Shown: positions 14,510-27,427, numbered from the stretch's first letter. The stretch: DNA of 64,000 nucleotides from Anaerohalosphaeraceae bacterium (GCA_963675525.2 CAXXSL010000019.1:1-64000); one strand, 5' to 3'. Translations and numbers: made by a program. Notes: generated by a model not told the origin, from the sequence alone.

Positions 14510-17500
14510 ATGGTAGAATCAATTTACGATCGTATAAATGATTACGGTTCGGTAAAGATCACACTGGCAAGCCCTAATGACATTCGAAGCTGGTCATTTG
14601 GAGAGGTCCGCAAGCCGGAGACGATCAATTACCGCACCTATCGGCCGGAAAAAGACGGATTGTTCTGTGAGCGTATTTTTGGTCCTGAACGTGACTGGGA
14701 GTGTTCTTGCGGCAAGTATAAGGGAACCAAGTTCAAAGGAATCATCTGTGACCGCTGCGGCGTGAAAGTGACTCACAGCCGGGTTCGCCGTAAACGCATG
14801 GGGCACATTAATCTGGCGGCTCCCGTGGTGCACATCTGGTTCTTTAAGGCGCTGCCCAGCCGGCTTAGTACACTGCTGGGAATGAAGACCTCGGATATTG
14901 AGAAAATCGTTTACTTCCAGGATTATGTTGTGACCGATCCGGGCCAAAGCCCTCTGAAGATCAAACAACTCCTGACGGAAGATGAATACCGTGACGCATT
15001 GAACAAATACGGAAATTGCTTCCATGCTTCCATGGGTGCCGAGTCCATCAAGGAACTGCTGCTTAAGCTCGAACTGGAAAGCCTCGGCGTGGAACTGCGA
15101 CAGGCGATCAATGAAACGAACAGCAAGCAAAAGATCAAGGACCTGACCAAGCGGTTGAAGATCGTCAATGCGATCAAGTCCAGCGACAATAAACCGGAAT
15201 GGATGATCATGGAAGTGTGTCCGGTGATCCCGCCGGATCTGCGCCCGCTGGTGATGCTGGAAAGCGGTAATTTTGCGACCAGTGACCTGAACGATCTGTA
15301 TCGGCGTATTATTAACCGGAACAATCGTCTGAAAAAGCTGATTGACCTGAACGCCCCTGAAGTTATTATTCGAAATGAAAAACGGATGCTGCAGCAGGCG
15401 GTTGATTCGCTGCTGGATAACAGCCGATGCCGTCGGCCGGTACTGGGCAGCAATAACCGTCCGCTGAAATCACTAACCGACATGATCAAAGGCAAACAGG
15501 GCCGTTTCCGCGAGAATTTACTGGGTAAGCGTGTAGACTATTCGGCGCGTTCGGTGATTGTTGTGGGTCCGAAGCTGAAGTTGTATCAATGCGGCTTGCC
15601 GAAAAAGATCGCATTGGAACTGTTCCAGCCGTTCATTATCCGCCGCTTAAAGGACCGCGGCCTGGCCGATACGATCAAAAGTGCCAAACGCATGCTGGAG
15701 CGTCGTGAAGAGCATGTATGGGATATCCTGGAAGAAGTCATCCATCAGCACCCGGTTCTCCTGAACCGTGCGCCGACACTGCACCGAATGGGCATTCAGG
15801 CCTTTGAGCCGGTGCTGGTTGAAGGTAACGCTATTATGCTGCATCCGCTGGTTTGCCAGGGCTTTAATGCGGACTTTGACGGTGACCAGATGGCGGTGCA
15901 TTTGCCGCTTAGTATCGAAGCTCAGGTTGAAACGCATACGCTGATATTAGCAACCAATAATATCTTCTCTCCGGCCAGTGGTTCGCCGATGCTGGGGCCT
16001 TCTCAGGACATGGTACTTGGCAACTATTATATTACGCATATAGCAACCGGTCAAAAGGGTGAGGGCATGGTTTTCAGGAATCCTGCCGAGGCGATTACGG
16101 CACTGGATATGGGAATTGCTCACGCTCATGCGATCGTTAAGGTTTGTCTGCCGAAAGAAAAGAAAGTTGTCGGCGATCGGGGTGAAGAAGCCGGCGGCGT
16201 GATTAAGACGACTCCCGGGCGTTGTTTATTTAACGATGCTTTGGAACCAGAGATGCCGTTCTATAACTTTGTGATGGATAAAAAAAGTCTTGGTACTGTC
16301 ATTCATGATTGCTATGAAATCTGCGGCTGCCGCGCGACGATCGATCTTCTGGACAACATTAAAGAGCTTGGCTTTAAACGTGCAACACTGGCTGGCATCA
16401 GCATTGGCGTTACGGATCTTCTTATTCCGTTAGAAAAGCCGGAGATTATTAATGCGACGCAAAAACGTGTTGATAAAGTCATGAAGAATTTCCATAACGG
16501 CATTCTGACCGAAGGTGAACGCTACAACCAGATCATTGATGCCTGGACCCATGCTCGTGTGGCGGTGACCAATGCGATGATGAACGCAATGAAGAATGAT
16601 ACCCGTGATGGAAAACCGTATCTGAATCCGATTTGGGTGATGCGGCATTCGGGTGCTCGCGGCAGTATCGACCAGATCCAACAGCTTGCCGGGATGCGTG
16701 CGTTAATGGCCAAGCCGAGTGGCGAGATCATCGAAACCCCGATTAAGTCAAACTTCCGTGAAGGGCTGAACGTACTGGAATACTTCAGTTCGACACACGG
16801 TGCCCGAAAGGGATTGGCGGATACGGCACTTAAGACGGCAGACTCCGGTTATCTGACGCGTAAACTGGCGGATGTCGCTCAGAACGTGATGGTCAGCCAG
16901 CATGATTGCGGCACTTTACAGGGGATTACGAAAACGACCGTTTATAAGGGTGAAGCCGTTGACATTCCGTTACGACAACTGATGATTGGTCGTACGGCAC
17001 GGGATAATATTCGCAACCCGATCAGCGATGAAATGATCGTTCGCGAGAATGAAGTCATCACGCCGGAAGCGGCCGATAAGATCGAGCAGTTGGGTCTGGA
17101 GGCGATACGCGTACGCAGTCCGCTGACCTGTGAAAGCGAAATTGGCATGTGTTCCAAATGTTATGGCTGGGATTTAAGTACGGGCCTCCTTGTTGAGCAG
17201 GGGCTGGCTATTGGAATTATCGGAGCCCAGTCCATCGGTGAGCCTGGAACACAGCTTACGATGAGAACATTCCATACCGGTGGTATTGCCTCTGTTTCAC
17301 TGATTGAAACAGACCAGAAAGCACCGCGTGAGGGTGTTGTTAAATATATCGATTTGAATGCAGTTGATGTTGAAATTGACGGGCAGATACAGCGTATCGC
17401 CTTACGTCGTAATGGTGAAATGGCCTTGGTTGATGATAAGGGTCGTGAGCTTGAACGCTTTAAGGTTCCGTATGGCGGAATTATTATTGCTAGTGATGGT

Positions 17501-18778
17501 GCCAAGGTCAAAACGGGTCAACTCTTGTATGCCTGGGATCCGCACCGTGTGCCGATTTTGGCGGAAGTGGCCGGTGTTGTGCGTCTGCTGGATGTGATCG
17601 AAGGCGAAACCATGCGTGTTGAAGAGGAGCGCAAGGGACAAAAGGGCCGGCCCGTAGTGATTGAGCACAAAGGTGATAAACACCCGCAGGTGGTAATTGA
17701 AGATCCGGATGGCAAGATCCTTGATGTACACTATCTGCCTTCCAAGGCGCGTATTGAAGTCGAAGATGGTGAAGAGGTAACAGCTGGTAAACTGTTGGCT
17801 CGTCTGCCTCGCGGATCGGGCGGTACCCAGGACATCACTGGTGGTTTGCCGCGTGTGACGGAGATCTTTGAGGCCCGTAAGCCGAAAGAGCCTGCAGCGA
17901 TGTCGGAAATTTCCGGTACAGTTGAACTCAAGAGCGATAAGCGTCGCGGTAAAATGACGATCATCGTTCGCAATGAGTCAGGCATGGAGAAAGAGCACCA
18001 TGTCCCGCGCGACCGGCACCTGAACTTCCATACCGGCGACATGGTGGAAGCCGGTGACGCACTGACAGATGGTCCGCTTGTGCCGCATGACATTCTGCGA
18101 ATTAAAGGTGAGGAAGCTCTGCAGCGATATCTGCTCCGCGAAATTCAGAATGTCTATCGTGCTCAAAGTGTAACCATTAATGACAAACACGTTGAGATTA
18201 TTTTGTCTCAGATGATGAATAAGGTTGAGATCGAAAATGTGGGCGACAGTCAATTTTTGCCGGGCGAAGTTTGTGATAAGTTCGAATTCCGTCGGTCGAA
18301 TATAGAGCTGGCAAAGAGCCTGAAGATAACGGATCCGGGCGATACGGACTTAGAAGTCGGTCAGCTTGCCACAAAGGAAGATATCGAAGCGGCCAATGAA
18401 AAAGTCGAAGTTCTTGGCGGAACCCCGGCCAAAGGCAAAAAACCGCGTCCGGCGACAGCCAATACGCTCTTGCTGGGTATTACCAAAGCTTCGCTGCAGT
18501 CGGATAGCTTTATTTCTGCGGCCAGTTTCCAGGAAACAACAAAGGTCTTGACAGAGGCAGCTCTTGCTGGTAAAGTGGACCAATTACGCGGATTGAAGGA
18601 GAATGTAATTCTCGGACATTTGATCCCGGCCGGAACGGCATTTAAGCCATATCTGGACATGAAAGTGAAACATTTAGCTGAGCCGCCGATTCCAAAACAG
18701 CTCGAGGAACTGCGGGATGCCAAGGAAGCTGAGGCTGCAGCGGATAAGGCAGTCAAGGCTGCGTTGGGGCTTGAATAG
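14510..18778 (+). CDS. rpoC: RNA polymerase beta' subunit
   Basis: [12 protein letters not shown] catalytic motif; N-terminal Zn finger; [16 protein letters not shown]. Confidence 0.99.
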   Translation: MVESIYDRINDYGSVKITLASPNDIRSWSFGEVRKPETINYRTYRPEKDGLFCERIFGPERDWECSCGKYKGTKFKGIICDRCGVKVTHSRVRRKRMGHINLAAPVVHIWFFKALPSRLSTLLGMKTSDIEKIVYFQDYVVTDPGQSPLKIKQLLTEDEYRDALNKYGNCFHASMGAESIKELLLKLELESLGVELRQAINETNSKQKIKDLTKRLKIVNAIKSSDNKPEWMIMEVCPVIPPDLRPLVMLESGNFATSDLNDLYRRIINRNNRLKKLIDLNAPEVIIRNEKRMLQQAVDSLLDNSRCRRPVLGSNNRPLKSLTDMIKGKQGRFRENLLGKRVDYSARSVIVVGPKLKLYQCGLPKKIALELFQPFIIRRLKDRGLADTIKSAKRMLERREEHVWDILEEVIHQHPVLLNRAPTLHRMGIQAFEPVLVEGNAIMLHPLVCQGFNADFDGDQMAVHLPLSIEAQVETHTLILATNNIFSPASGSPMLGPSQDMVLGNYYITHIATGQKGEGMVFRNPAEAITALDMGIAHAHAIVKVCLPKEKKVVGDRGEEAGGVIKTTPGRCLFNDALEPEMPFYNFVMDKKSLGTVIHDCYEICGCRATIDLLDNIKELGFKRATLAGISIGVTDLLIPLEKPEIINATQKRVDKVMKNFHNGILTEGERYNQIIDAWTHARVAVTNAMMNAMKNDTRDGKPYLNPIWVMRHSGARGSIDQIQQLAGMRALMAKPSGEIIETPIKSNFREGLNVLEYFSSTHGARKGLADTALKTADSGYLTRKLADVAQNVMVSQHDCGTLQGITKTTVYKGEAVDIPLRQLMIGRTARDNIRNPISDEMIVRENEVITPEAADKIEQLGLEAIRVRSPLTCESEIGMCSKCYGWDLSTGLLVEQGLAIGIIGAQSIGEPGTQLTMRTFHTGGIASVSLIETDQKAPREGVVKYIDLNAVDVEIDGQIQRIALRRNGEMALVDDKGRELERFKVPYGGIIIASDGAKVKTGQLLYAWDPHRVPILAEVAGVVRLLDVIEGETMRVEEERKGQKGRPVVIEHKGDKHPQVVIEDPDGKILDVHYLPSKARIEVEDGEEVTAGKLLARLPRGSGGTQDITGGLPRVTEIFEARKPKEPAAMSEISGTVELKSDKRRGKMTIIVRNESGMEKEHHVPRDRHLNFHTGDMVEAGDALTDGPLVPHDILRIKGEEALQRYLLREIQNVYRAQSVTINDKHVEIILSQMMNKVEIENVGDSQFLPGEVCDKFEFRRSNIELAKSLKITDPGDTDLEVGQLATKEDIEAANEKVEVLGGTPAKGKKPRPATANTLLLGITKASLQSDSFISAASFQETTKVLTEAALAGKVDQLRGLKENVILGHLIPAGTAFKPYLDMKVKHLAEPPIPKQLEELRDAKEAEAAADKAVKAALGLE

Positions 18779-18836
18779 CCTGTAAAATATGGAAAAGATT
18801 AGTTTGAGAGAAAAACAGAAATAGCTTGGAGATAGT

Positions 18837-19202
18837 ATGCCAACCATCAATCAGTTAGTCAGGAACGGCAGGAAGAAAAAAGCTCGGAAACGTATTTCCG
18901 ATATTACCGGGTGTCCGCAGAAACGCGGTGTTTGCCTGATCGTCAGGACACAAACCCCGAAGAAGCCGAACTCGGCGTTACGGAAAATTACGCGTGTCCG
19001 TTTAACCAATGGCAAGGAAGTTACCGCGTATATCCCCGGGATCGACCATAACCTGCAGGAACACAGTACGGTTATGATTCGGGGCGGACGTGTTCGTGAC
19101 CTTCCGGGCGTTCGCTATCACATCGTTCGGGGTGTGCTGGATACTTCCGGGACGGCCAACCGCAAGCAGGGCCGTAGTAAATATGGAACGAAGAAGTCGT
19201 AA
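18837..19202 (+). CDS. rpsL: 30S ribosomal protein S12
   Basis: [23 protein letters not shown]. Confidence 0.99.
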   Translation: MPTINQLVRNGRKKKARKRISDITGCPQKRGVCLIVRTQTPKKPNSALRKITRVRLTNGKEVTAYIPGIDHNLQEHSTVMIRGGRVRDLPGVRYHIVRGVLDTSGTANRKQGRSKYGTKKS

Positions 19203-19232
19203 AGTATATCAATAACCTATAGGGTATAGAGA

Positions 19233-19706
19233 ATGGCAAAGAAATTTACAGCGTCAAGTCAACAGTTAAAACCGGATCCGGTTTACGGCAGTAAGCTGGT
19301 GTCTAAATTCGTCAACTGCCTCATGCTGGATGGCAAGAAAAGCATTGCTTACAAGGTTTTTTGTGATGCCATGGGACAGATCGAAAAAAAGATCAAGGAT
19401 GCTCCTCCGTTGGAAGTTTTTGAGACGGCGATTGAGAACGTCAAGCCGCTTTTGGAAGTTCGCAGCAAGCGAGTCGGTGGTGCCAGCTACCAGGTTCCGA
19501 TGCAGGTTCGTCCCAAGCGACAGCAGTCGCTGGCATTTCGCTGGATTCTGGCGGCCTCACGGGGCAAAAAGGGCAAGCCGATGTCTATTCGTCTTGCTTC
19601 CGAGTTAATGGATGCTTATAAAAAAGAAGGTACGGCGATGACCACTCGCGAGAATGTGCATCGTATGGCTGAAGCCAATAAGGCCTTTGCTCACTTTGCA
19701 TGGTAA
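19233..19706 (+). CDS. rpsG: 30S ribosomal protein S7
   Basis: [22 protein letters not shown]. Confidence 0.99.
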   Translation: MAKKFTASSQQLKPDPVYGSKLVSKFVNCLMLDGKKSIAYKVFCDAMGQIEKKIKDAPPLEVFETAIENVKPLLEVRSKRVGGASYQVPMQVRPKRQQSLAFRWILAASRGKKGKPMSIRLASELMDAYKKEGTAMTTRENVHRMAEANKAFAHFAW

Positions 19707-19720
19707 TTTCTTAGACGATG

Positions 19721-19762
19721 ACTGCCACGGGCGTTTTTTGAAACTCCGTGGCAGTTTTTTTA
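19721..19762 (+). terminator. Intrinsic terminator between rpsG and fusA
   Basis: ACTGCCACGG...CCGTGGCAGT followed by a T run. Confidence 0.7.
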
Positions 19763-19823
19763 TGAAGACTATGAATTAACTATAGCGGTATTGGGTAAAA
19801 TACGGCGAAAGAGGTAGTCATTT

Positions 19824-21905
19824 ATGGCAGCGGATCTGTCTAAAGTGCGGAATATTGGGATCATGGCTCATATTGATGCGGGTAAGACCACCGTAACAGA
19901 GCGCATTCTGTATTTTAGCGGCAAGACGTATAAAATTGGTGAAGTCCATGAGGGCACTGCAGTTATGGATTTCATGACAGAAGAGCAGGAGCGGGGTATT
20001 ACCATCACATCAGCCGCCACTAAATGTCCTTGGGGCGGCTTTGACATCAATCTGATCGACACACCGGGACACGTTGATTTTACGGCGGAGGTTGAACGTT
20101 CGCTTCGTGTATTGGATGGGGCGGTTGCGGTATTTGATGGCTCAGAAGGGGTTCAGGCCCAGAGTGAGACGGTTTGGCGTCAGGGAAAAAAATACAATCT
20201 GCCTTGTCTGTGTTTTGTTAATAAGATGGACAAGATCGGTGCTGATTTTGAAATGTGTGTCGATAGTATTCGGCACAAACTACTGGCGAATCCGGTTCCG
20301 GTACAGATTCCGATAGGTGCCGAATCCAATTTCCGGGGTCTCGTGGACTTGCTGAAAATGAAAGCAGTCTTGTATCGGGAGGAACAGACGGCAACCAGTT
20401 TTCACGAGGAGCCGATTCCGGACGATCTTATCGACATCGCTGAGCAGTATCGGCATGTGATGATCGAGGCAGCGGCCGAATATGATGAACAACTGATGGA
20501 GGCTTATATTAATGATAAGCCGATCGATTCTAACCGGATCATCGCCGGGCTTCGAAAGGGCGTGCTGGATGGGAAACTGAATCTGGTATTAGTCGGGTCG
20601 GCCTTGAAAAACATCGGGGTTCGGAAGTTGCTGGATGCGGTTGTGGCCTATTTGCCCGCACCGCCGGAGCGGCCTGCGGCAGTCGGCTATCGCAATGGCG
20701 ATATGGAAAAACAAATCGAGGTGGTTTGTGATTCGAATAAACCATTTGTGGGTCTGGCTTTTAAAATTACCAGCGACAAGCACGGCGACCTGTATTTTCT
20801 ACGAGTTTACCAGGGAACCCTTAAAAGCGGTTCACGGGTCCTGAATAGTAATCGGGACCGAAAAGAAAATGTGACGCGCATATTCCAGATGCATGCCAAT
20901 AGTCGGAATATTCTGGAAGAGGCCCATGCCGGAGATATTATCGCGGTCGTGGGCCTGAAGGAAACACTGACGGGCGATACGCTTTGCGATTCTCACAATA
21001 ATATTGTTCTGGAGAGCATTACATTTCCTGAGACCGTTATTAGCATGTCAATCGAACCTCGTTCGGCAGCGGATCGGGCTAAACTGGGTGAGGCGTTGGC
21101 TCAGTTGCGGCGGGAAGACCCGACCTTCGGTTGTGATTATGATGCTGAGACGGGTCAGACGATCATCAGCGGAATGGGCGAGTTGCACCTTGAGGTGCTC
21201 GAACACAAACTGGTGCGCGAGATGGGCGTGGATGTACGTGTCGGAAAGCCTCGAGTTGCTTATAAGGAGGCCATTAGTCGGCCCGCTAAGGAAGAAGGTA
21301 AGTTTGTTCGGCAGACAGGCGGACGGGGCCAGTACGGCCACGTTGTAATTGAAATCGAACCTTTGTTTGACGATGACGGACACTATAGCCGTCAGAATGT
21401 CTTTGAAAATAAAATTATTGGTGGGGCGATTCCAAAAGAATATATCCCGGGAATCGAACGTGGTGCCAAAGAAGGGCTGGCAAGCGGCCCCCTGTCAGGC
21501 TATCCCCTTGTGGGAGCTAAAGTTACGTTAATTGACGGATCGTTTCATGCAGTGGATTCCTCAGAATTGGCCTTTGAACAAGCAGCAGTACTTGCTGTTC
21601 GTGAAATTCTTTCTAAAGCCGGTCCAATTCTGCTTGAGCCTGTGATGCGTGTGCAGATCGTTGTGCCGGAAGCGAATTACGGAGCGGTGCAAGGGCAATT
21701 GGTCGCCAAGCGTGGAGAGATTACCGATTCGCACATACATGGCAATATGCGAGTGCTGGATGCCAATGTTCCGTTGGCGGAGATGTTTGGATATTCCGGC
21801 CAGATTCGCAGTGCGACTGGAGGGCGAGGCAGTTTTACCATGGAACCGCTTAATTATGAGAAAGTTCCTGAACAAATTTCAGAAAAAATATTGTTAGGCT
21901 ATTGA
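19824..21905 (+). CDS. fusA: Elongation factor G
   Basis: [40 protein letters not shown]. Confidence 0.98.
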   Translation: MAADLSKVRNIGIMAHIDAGKTTVTERILYFSGKTYKIGEVHEGTAVMDFMTEEQERGITITSAATKCPWGGFDINLIDTPGHVDFTAEVERSLRVLDGAVAVFDGSEGVQAQSETVWRQGKKYNLPCLCFVNKMDKIGADFEMCVDSIRHKLLANPVPVQIPIGAESNFRGLVDLLKMKAVLYREEQTATSFHEEPIPDDLIDIAEQYRHVMIEAAAEYDEQLMEAYINDKPIDSNRIIAGLRKGVLDGKLNLVLVGSALKNIGVRKLLDAVVAYLPAPPERPAAVGYRNGDMEKQIEVVCDSNKPFVGLAFKITSDKHGDLYFLRVYQGTLKSGSRVLNSNRDRKENVTRIFQMHANSRNILEEAHAGDIIAVVGLKETLTGDTLCDSHNNIVLESITFPETVISMSIEPRSAADRAKLGEALAQLRREDPTFGCDYDAETGQTIISGMGELHLEVLEHKLVREMGVDVRVGKPRVAYKEAISRPAKEEGKFVRQTGGRGQYGHVVIEIEPLFDDDGHYSRQNVFENKIIGGAIPKEYIPGIERGAKEGLASGPLSGYPLVGAKVTLIDGSFHAVDSSELAFEQAAVLAVREILSKAGPILLEPVMRVQIVVPEANYGAVQGQLVAKRGEITDSHIHGNMRVLDANVPLAEMFGYSGQIRSATGGRGSFTMEPLNYEKVPEQISEKILLGY

Positions 21906-22201
21906 CAATTTTGAAATTTTTTGATAGTTAGAGAGTTTTTCAGCCGGAGCGAGCACGGAAAGGACTTCCGTGCGTGACGAGTTGGGCTGATCATTTCAAC
22001 AAATTATAGTACAGGGACGGCAATTTTAGCCTTAAAAGGCTTTTGAAATTGGATGTTGTTCCGCTTGGCCGGTAAACATGGCCTCAAACGCCCGTAATAG
22101 AGGGCCTCGACAAAAGGAAGGCGAATAGATGCCTTTCCTGCCTTAGATAGAAAGAAAACGTCGTTTTTTTAAAAACAGGCGCATTTCTTGTATAAATAGA
22201 C

Positions 22202-22230
22202 TTGTATTTTGCACGGGATGCTGGTATTTT
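22202..22230 (+). promoter_or_regulatory. Putative S10 operon promoter
   Basis: TTGTAT-17 nt-TATTTT with TGn extended -10. Confidence 0.45.
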
Positions 22231-22284
22231 CACCAGCTTTCCATATTATTTGGCGATACTGCGGGTAGAAATTAAGGATTTACC

Positions 22285-22596
22285 ATGGTAGATACAGAAA
22301 AGATCAGAATTCGAATGGAAGCATATGACCATCGGGCGCTGGACAGTTCAGCGAAGGAAATCGTTGAGCAGGCTCGCCGGACCAATGCTCGTGTCAGCGG
22401 TCCGATTCCGCTGCCGACGCGTATCGAGAGATACACGGTGCTTCGCAGTCCTCACGTCAATAAGAAGTCACGTGAGCAGTTCGAAATGCGTACCCATAAG
22501 CGTGTGATTGATATTTATGATGCCAATGCCCGCACGGTCGAAGCCTTGAACAGGCTGGTCGTTCCTGCGGGCGTTTTTGTTAAGATAAAAGCTTAG
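22285..22596 (+). CDS. rpsJ: 30S ribosomal protein S10
   Basis: [21 protein letters not shown]. Confidence 0.99.
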   Translation: MVDTEKIRIRMEAYDHRALDSSAKEIVEQARRTNARVSGPIPLPTRIERYTVLRSPHVNKKSREQFEMRTHKRVIDIYDANARTVEALNRLVVPAGVFVKIKA

Positions 22597-22680
22597 AAGG
22601 TCCTAAATAAATTGGTGTAACAGCGTTAATAAACGCATCAGAATACGAAAAGAAACGCAACAAGCACAAGGGAATAGATA

Positions 22681-23337
22681 ATGGCAATGTTGCTTGGTAA
22701 AAAAATCGGAATGACTCAAATTTACGACGAGTCCGGCAAGTTGATACCTGTAACGGTTATTCAGGCCGGTCCCTGCAAAGTGACACAGGTCAAGACGGGC
22801 GACACTGACGGCTACAATGCGTTGCAGATTGGCCTTGACGATGTAAAGGCCAGCCGGATCAAGAAGCCTCAGGAAGGCCATGCGAAAAAAGCCGGCACAA
22901 CGCCGAAACGATTCGTTCGTGAGTGGCGTTTGAGTGCCGGTCAAAATGTAGAGCATGCGGCCGGTGACGAGATCGGCGTTTCTTCGTTTGCAGATGTTAA
23001 GCTTGTTGATGTTTGCGGAACCAGCAAGGGCAAGGGGTATGCCGGTGTTATGAAGCGTCATGGATTTGGCGGTTTTCCGGCCTCTCACGGTTGTGAGCGT
23101 AAGCATCGTGCTCCGGGTTCGATTTCATCACATGCTTCCGATGCCGGACATGGCGGAAACGTCAAAAAGGGCAAACGCATGGCCGGCCGTATGGGCGGGG
23201 CTCGCGTGACAAGTAAGCACCACAAACTGGTTTCGATTGACGAAGAAAAGAACCTCTTGGTGATTAAGGGTGCGATCCCGGGTCCGTCCGGCGGTTATGT
23301 TGAAATTCGAACCTCTCACACGAGGCCCCAGGATTAA
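22681..23337 (+). CDS. rplC: 50S ribosomal protein L3
   Basis: GKKIGMTQ, SKGKGYAGVMKRHGF. Confidence 0.99.
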   Translation: MAMLLGKKIGMTQIYDESGKLIPVTVIQAGPCKVTQVKTGDTDGYNALQIGLDDVKASRIKKPQEGHAKKAGTTPKRFVREWRLSAGQNVEHAAGDEIGVSSFADVKLVDVCGTSKGKGYAGVMKRHGFGGFPASHGCERKHRAPGSISSHASDAGHGGNVKKGKRMAGRMGGARVTSKHHKLVSIDEEKNLLVIKGAIPGPSGGYVEIRTSHTRPQD

Positions 23338-23370
23338 AATTAAGATAGAACGTAAAGCTGGATAACGAAA

Positions 23371-24000
23371 ATGATTGACGTAAAAGTCTATAATCGAGAA
23401 GGTAAAGAACTGGAAAGCCTGCAGGTGGACGAAAGCCTTTTTGGCAGTGAAATTCGCCCTGCGTTATTGAAACAGGCGATGGTCATGTACCACGCGAATA
23501 AGCGTGTGGGCACGGCGGCCACCAAGAGCCGAGGCATGGTGCAGGGTTCAACCCGCAAGTTGTATAAGCAGAAGGGGACGGGTAACGCTCGTGCGGGAAA
23601 CGCTCGCACGCCTGTTCGTGTTGGCGGTGGTGTGACATTTGCCAAAGTAATGCGGGACTTCGGAAAACGGATGCCAAAGAAACAGCGTCGCCTGGCTTGC
23701 GATTCGGCCCTTCTGATCAAACTGCAGACAGGACGGCTGATCATTGTGGATGAGCTGAATTTCGATGCCCCCAGGACAAAGGAATTTTCTCGTGTTCTGG
23801 GCAATCTTAGCATTAACAGAAGCTGCCTGGTTACGATCGGTCAGCAGAATGCCAATATTTATAAATCCGCCCGGAATATCCCGAAGGTTGACGTTATCGT
23901 GGCGGACGACCTGAATGCCGGCGATATCTGCAACAAGCAAAATGTGCTTTTTACCAAGGACGCATTTATGGCCTTGCTGGATAAGAAGAAAACCAATTAG
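23371..24000 (+). CDS. rplD: 50S ribosomal protein L4
   Basis: KQKGTGNARAG. Confidence 0.98.
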   Translation: MIDVKVYNREGKELESLQVDESLFGSEIRPALLKQAMVMYHANKRVGTAATKSRGMVQGSTRKLYKQKGTGNARAGNARTPVRVGGGVTFAKVMRDFGKRMPKKQRRLACDSALLIKLQTGRLIIVDELNFDAPRTKEFSRVLGNLSINRSCLVTIGQQNANIYKSARNIPKVDVIVADDLNAGDICNKQNVLFTKDAFMALLDKKKTN

Positions 24001-24017
24001 GAATACAGGAAAGAATT

Positions 24018-24296
24018 GTGGATAATTATAACATCATCATCAAGCCGTTGGTAACCGAACAGGGGATGCATTTTGCAAACACCAAAAATGCCTATTCGTT
24101 CGAAGTCAATAAAAAGGCCAATAAGATTCAAATCCGCAGTGCGGTCGAAAAATTGTATAAGGTCAAGGTGGTAGATGTTCGGACGGCAAATGTCAAAGGC
24201 AAGCCGCGTCGCCGTGGTCGCAATATTGGCTATACCAAGAGCTGGAAGAAAGCTGTTGTTGTGCTGCATCAGGATTATCATATTGACCTGTTCTAA
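24018..24296 (+). CDS. rplW: 50S ribosomal protein L23
   Basis: ANKIQIRSAVEKLY, WKKAVV; GTG start. Confidence 0.97.
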   Translation: MDNYNIIIKPLVTEQGMHFANTKNAYSFEVNKKANKIQIRSAVEKLYKVKVVDVRTANVKGKPRRRGRNIGYTKSWKKAVVVLHQDYHIDLF

Positions 24297-24332
24297 ATAA
24301 GTTGTACACGAAAAGAAAGTAAGACTTGAATT

Positions 24333-25187
<855 letters not shown>

Positions 25188-25233
25188 CGCCGCATAACGA
25201 AAAAAAGAAGTCCAGTAAAAAAGAGGAATTTGA

Positions 25234-25500
25234 ATGGGACGTTCGACAAAAAAAGGCCCGTATGTAGATGAGAAAGTGTACCTGAAGGTACAAAAGCAGA
25301 TCGATTCCGGCAGCAAGGATCCGATCAAGACGTGGGCGCGTGCCTGCACGATCATTCCGGAATTTGTTGGCTTTACGTTTCTTGTTCACAATGGGAAAAT
25401 GTTTCATAAAGTGCTGATATCCGAGGATATGGTGGGTCACAAACTGGGCGAATTTTCGCTGACTCGTACGTTCAGAGGCCATTCCGGCGGCAAGAAGTAA
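25234..25500 (+). CDS. rpsS: 30S ribosomal protein S19
   Basis: [13 protein letters not shown]. Confidence 0.99.
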   Translation: MGRSTKKGPYVDEKVYLKVQKQIDSGSKDPIKTWARACTIIPEFVGFTFLVHNGKMFHKVLISEDMVGHKLGEFSLTRTFRGHSGGKK

Positions 25501-25543
25501 ACCAACGTGTTGAAGCCCAAGGGCAATATAAGGTTAGATTAAT

Positions 25544-26092
25544 ATGCTAAGTGCAAAAAAGTTTAAAAACGTTTGTAAAAAGCAGCAGGTTTCAGATTCT
25601 CAGTTGGCGGAACATCTGGCTCGCGGAGGCATGAGCAAAGATGATGCTTTGACGGCGATTCGCAACTGGAAAGAAGCGCGTTTCGCAACCCAGCCGAGCC
25701 GGGAGGACGTGGAACATCTTGCAACTGCATTAGGAGTTGAGACTAACGCGATCTCCGAATGGATTGCCAGCCATCGCTATGCACCGATGTCAGCTCGTAA
25801 GGCGCGTCTGGTCACCGAACTCATCGCAGGACGCGATGTTCAAGATGCCCTGGACCTGTTGACCTTTACGAACAAACGGGCTGCGGTTCATGTGAAGAAA
25901 GTGCTGCAGAGCGCGATCGCCAACGCCGACGAGCAGGAGGCGGATGTCGATAATCTCTGTGTTTTTGAAGCCCGTGTTGATCAGGCGGGCCGTCGGATCG
26001 GAACAAAAGCCTGGCATCCGAAAGATCGCGGACGGGCGCATCCGATTCGCAAGGAAGCCAGTCATATTTATATAACAGTATCGGAAGGTTAA
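25544..26092 (+). CDS. rplV: 50S ribosomal protein L22 with ~70-aa N-terminal XRE/Cro-like HTH extension
   Basis: L22 core (MSARKARLV, KVLQSAIANA, RGRAHPIRKEASHI) starts only near residue 72; position between rpsS and rpsC. Confidence 0.95.
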   Translation: MLSAKKFKNVCKKQQVSDSQLAEHLARGGMSKDDALTAIRNWKEARFATQPSREDVEHLATALGVETNAISEWIASHRYAPMSARKARLVTELIAGRDVQDALDLLTFTNKRAAVHVKKVLQSAIANADEQEADVDNLCVFEARVDQAGRRIGTKAWHPKDRGRAHPIRKEASHIYITVSEG

Positions 26093-26111
26093 TCTTAAAG
26101 CGGGAATATTT

Positions 26112-26972
26112 ATGGGTCAGAAGACATCTCCAATTGGTTTTAGAACAGGAATTACGCTTGGGTGGCAAAGTACCTGGTTCGCTCCAAAGGCGAACTATGG
26201 TGAGTTCCTGATTGAAGACTATAAGATCAGGGATTATGTGGAAAAGAAGTTCAATCTTCAGCCACCTTATTCAGCCGTATCAAAGGCCGAGATCGCACGT
26301 ACCCGCAACGAAGTCAAGGTTACGCTGCACACCGCCCGTCCCGGTATGGTAATCGGCCCTCGTGGTGCGGAGGTTGATAAGTTCCGGGAAGAACTCGAAG
26401 GTCTGATCAATCGAAAGATCAGTGTTAATGTTATCGAAATCAAAGAAGCGGCTTTGGACGCCAAGTTGGTGGGTGATAATATTGCCCAACAATTGAAAAA
26501 GCGTTCGGCCCATCGACGTATTATGAAGATGGCTTGCGAAACCGCCATGAACGCCGGAGCTCTTGGTGTCAAAGTGCTTTGCAGCGGTCGTCTTTCAGGT
26601 GCAGAAATAGCTCGAAGCGAAGTGCAGAAACTGGGAAGTATTCCGCTTCAGACGCTCGACGCAAATGTTGACTATGCCAAGTCTACCGCCCGAACAACTT
26701 ATGGGGCTATCGGCATCAAGGTTTGGATCTATAAAGGTAAGTTTGGTGAAGAGATCACGCCGATCATTCAGAATAAACCTCGACGCGGTGGAAAGCCGGG
26801 TGGAGGACGTACAGGTGGAGGACGATCAGGCGGCGGTCGTTCGGGTGGTCGTTCAGCATCTCGTCCGGCTTCAGCACCTGCACCTACAGTAGCGGCACCA
26901 GTGGTTCCTGCTCCGGAAGCTCCTGCGGCACCAGCACCAGAACAGACAGAGAATAATCAGGATAACAGCTAA
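26112..26972 (+). CDS. rpsC: 30S ribosomal protein S3 with low-complexity C-terminal tail
   Basis: MGQKTSPIGFR, GRLSGAEIAR, YGAIGIKVWI. Confidence 0.99.
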   Translation: MGQKTSPIGFRTGITLGWQSTWFAPKANYGEFLIEDYKIRDYVEKKFNLQPPYSAVSKAEIARTRNEVKVTLHTARPGMVIGPRGAEVDKFREELEGLINRKISVNVIEIKEAALDAKLVGDNIAQQLKKRSAHRRIMKMACETAMNAGALGVKVLCSGRLSGAEIARSEVQKLGSIPLQTLDANVDYAKSTARTTYGAIGIKVWIYKGKFGEEITPIIQNKPRRGGKPGGGRTGGGRSGGGRSGGRSASRPASAPAPTVAAPVVPAPEAPAAPAPEQTENNQDNS

Positions 26973-26989
26973 GGTAAAGGATTTGAATC

Positions 26990-27412
26990 ATGGCATTAAT
27001 GCCAAAAAGAGTAAAATATCGTAAGCATCATCGCGGGAAAATGAAAGGCAATGCCTCTCGCAGGAATTATGTTGCTTTTGGTGAATACGGCTTGCAGGCA
27101 CTTGAGCCCCATTGGATCACCGGTCGACAGATCGAAGCGGGGCGTATTGCAGCGTCTCACTTTTTGCGTCGTGAAGGTAAGGTTTATATCCGCATTTTCC
27201 CGGACCATTCGTACACAGCCAAACCGCTGGAAGTTCGAATGGGTAAGGGTAAAGCCGAAGTTGAGGGCTGGGTCGCAGTGGTTAAGCCCGGAACTGTTTT
27301 ATATGAAATCGGCGGCGTCGAGGAAGATGTAGCCAAAGAGGCGCTGTTGCGTGTGGCTCATAAAATGCCTGTCAAATGCCGGTTTGTAGCACGCAGACAT
27401 ACACTTGGATAA
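26990..27412 (+). CDS. rplP: 50S ribosomal protein L16
   Basis: EVRMGKGK. Confidence 0.99.
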   Translation: MALMPKRVKYRKHHRGKMKGNASRRNYVAFGEYGLQALEPHWITGRQIEAGRIAASHFLRREGKVYIRIFPDHSYTAKPLEVRMGKGKAEVEGWVAVVKPGTVLYEIGGVEEDVAKEALLRVAHKMPVKCRFVARRHTLG

Positions 27413-27427
27413 GGAACTGGACGAAAT

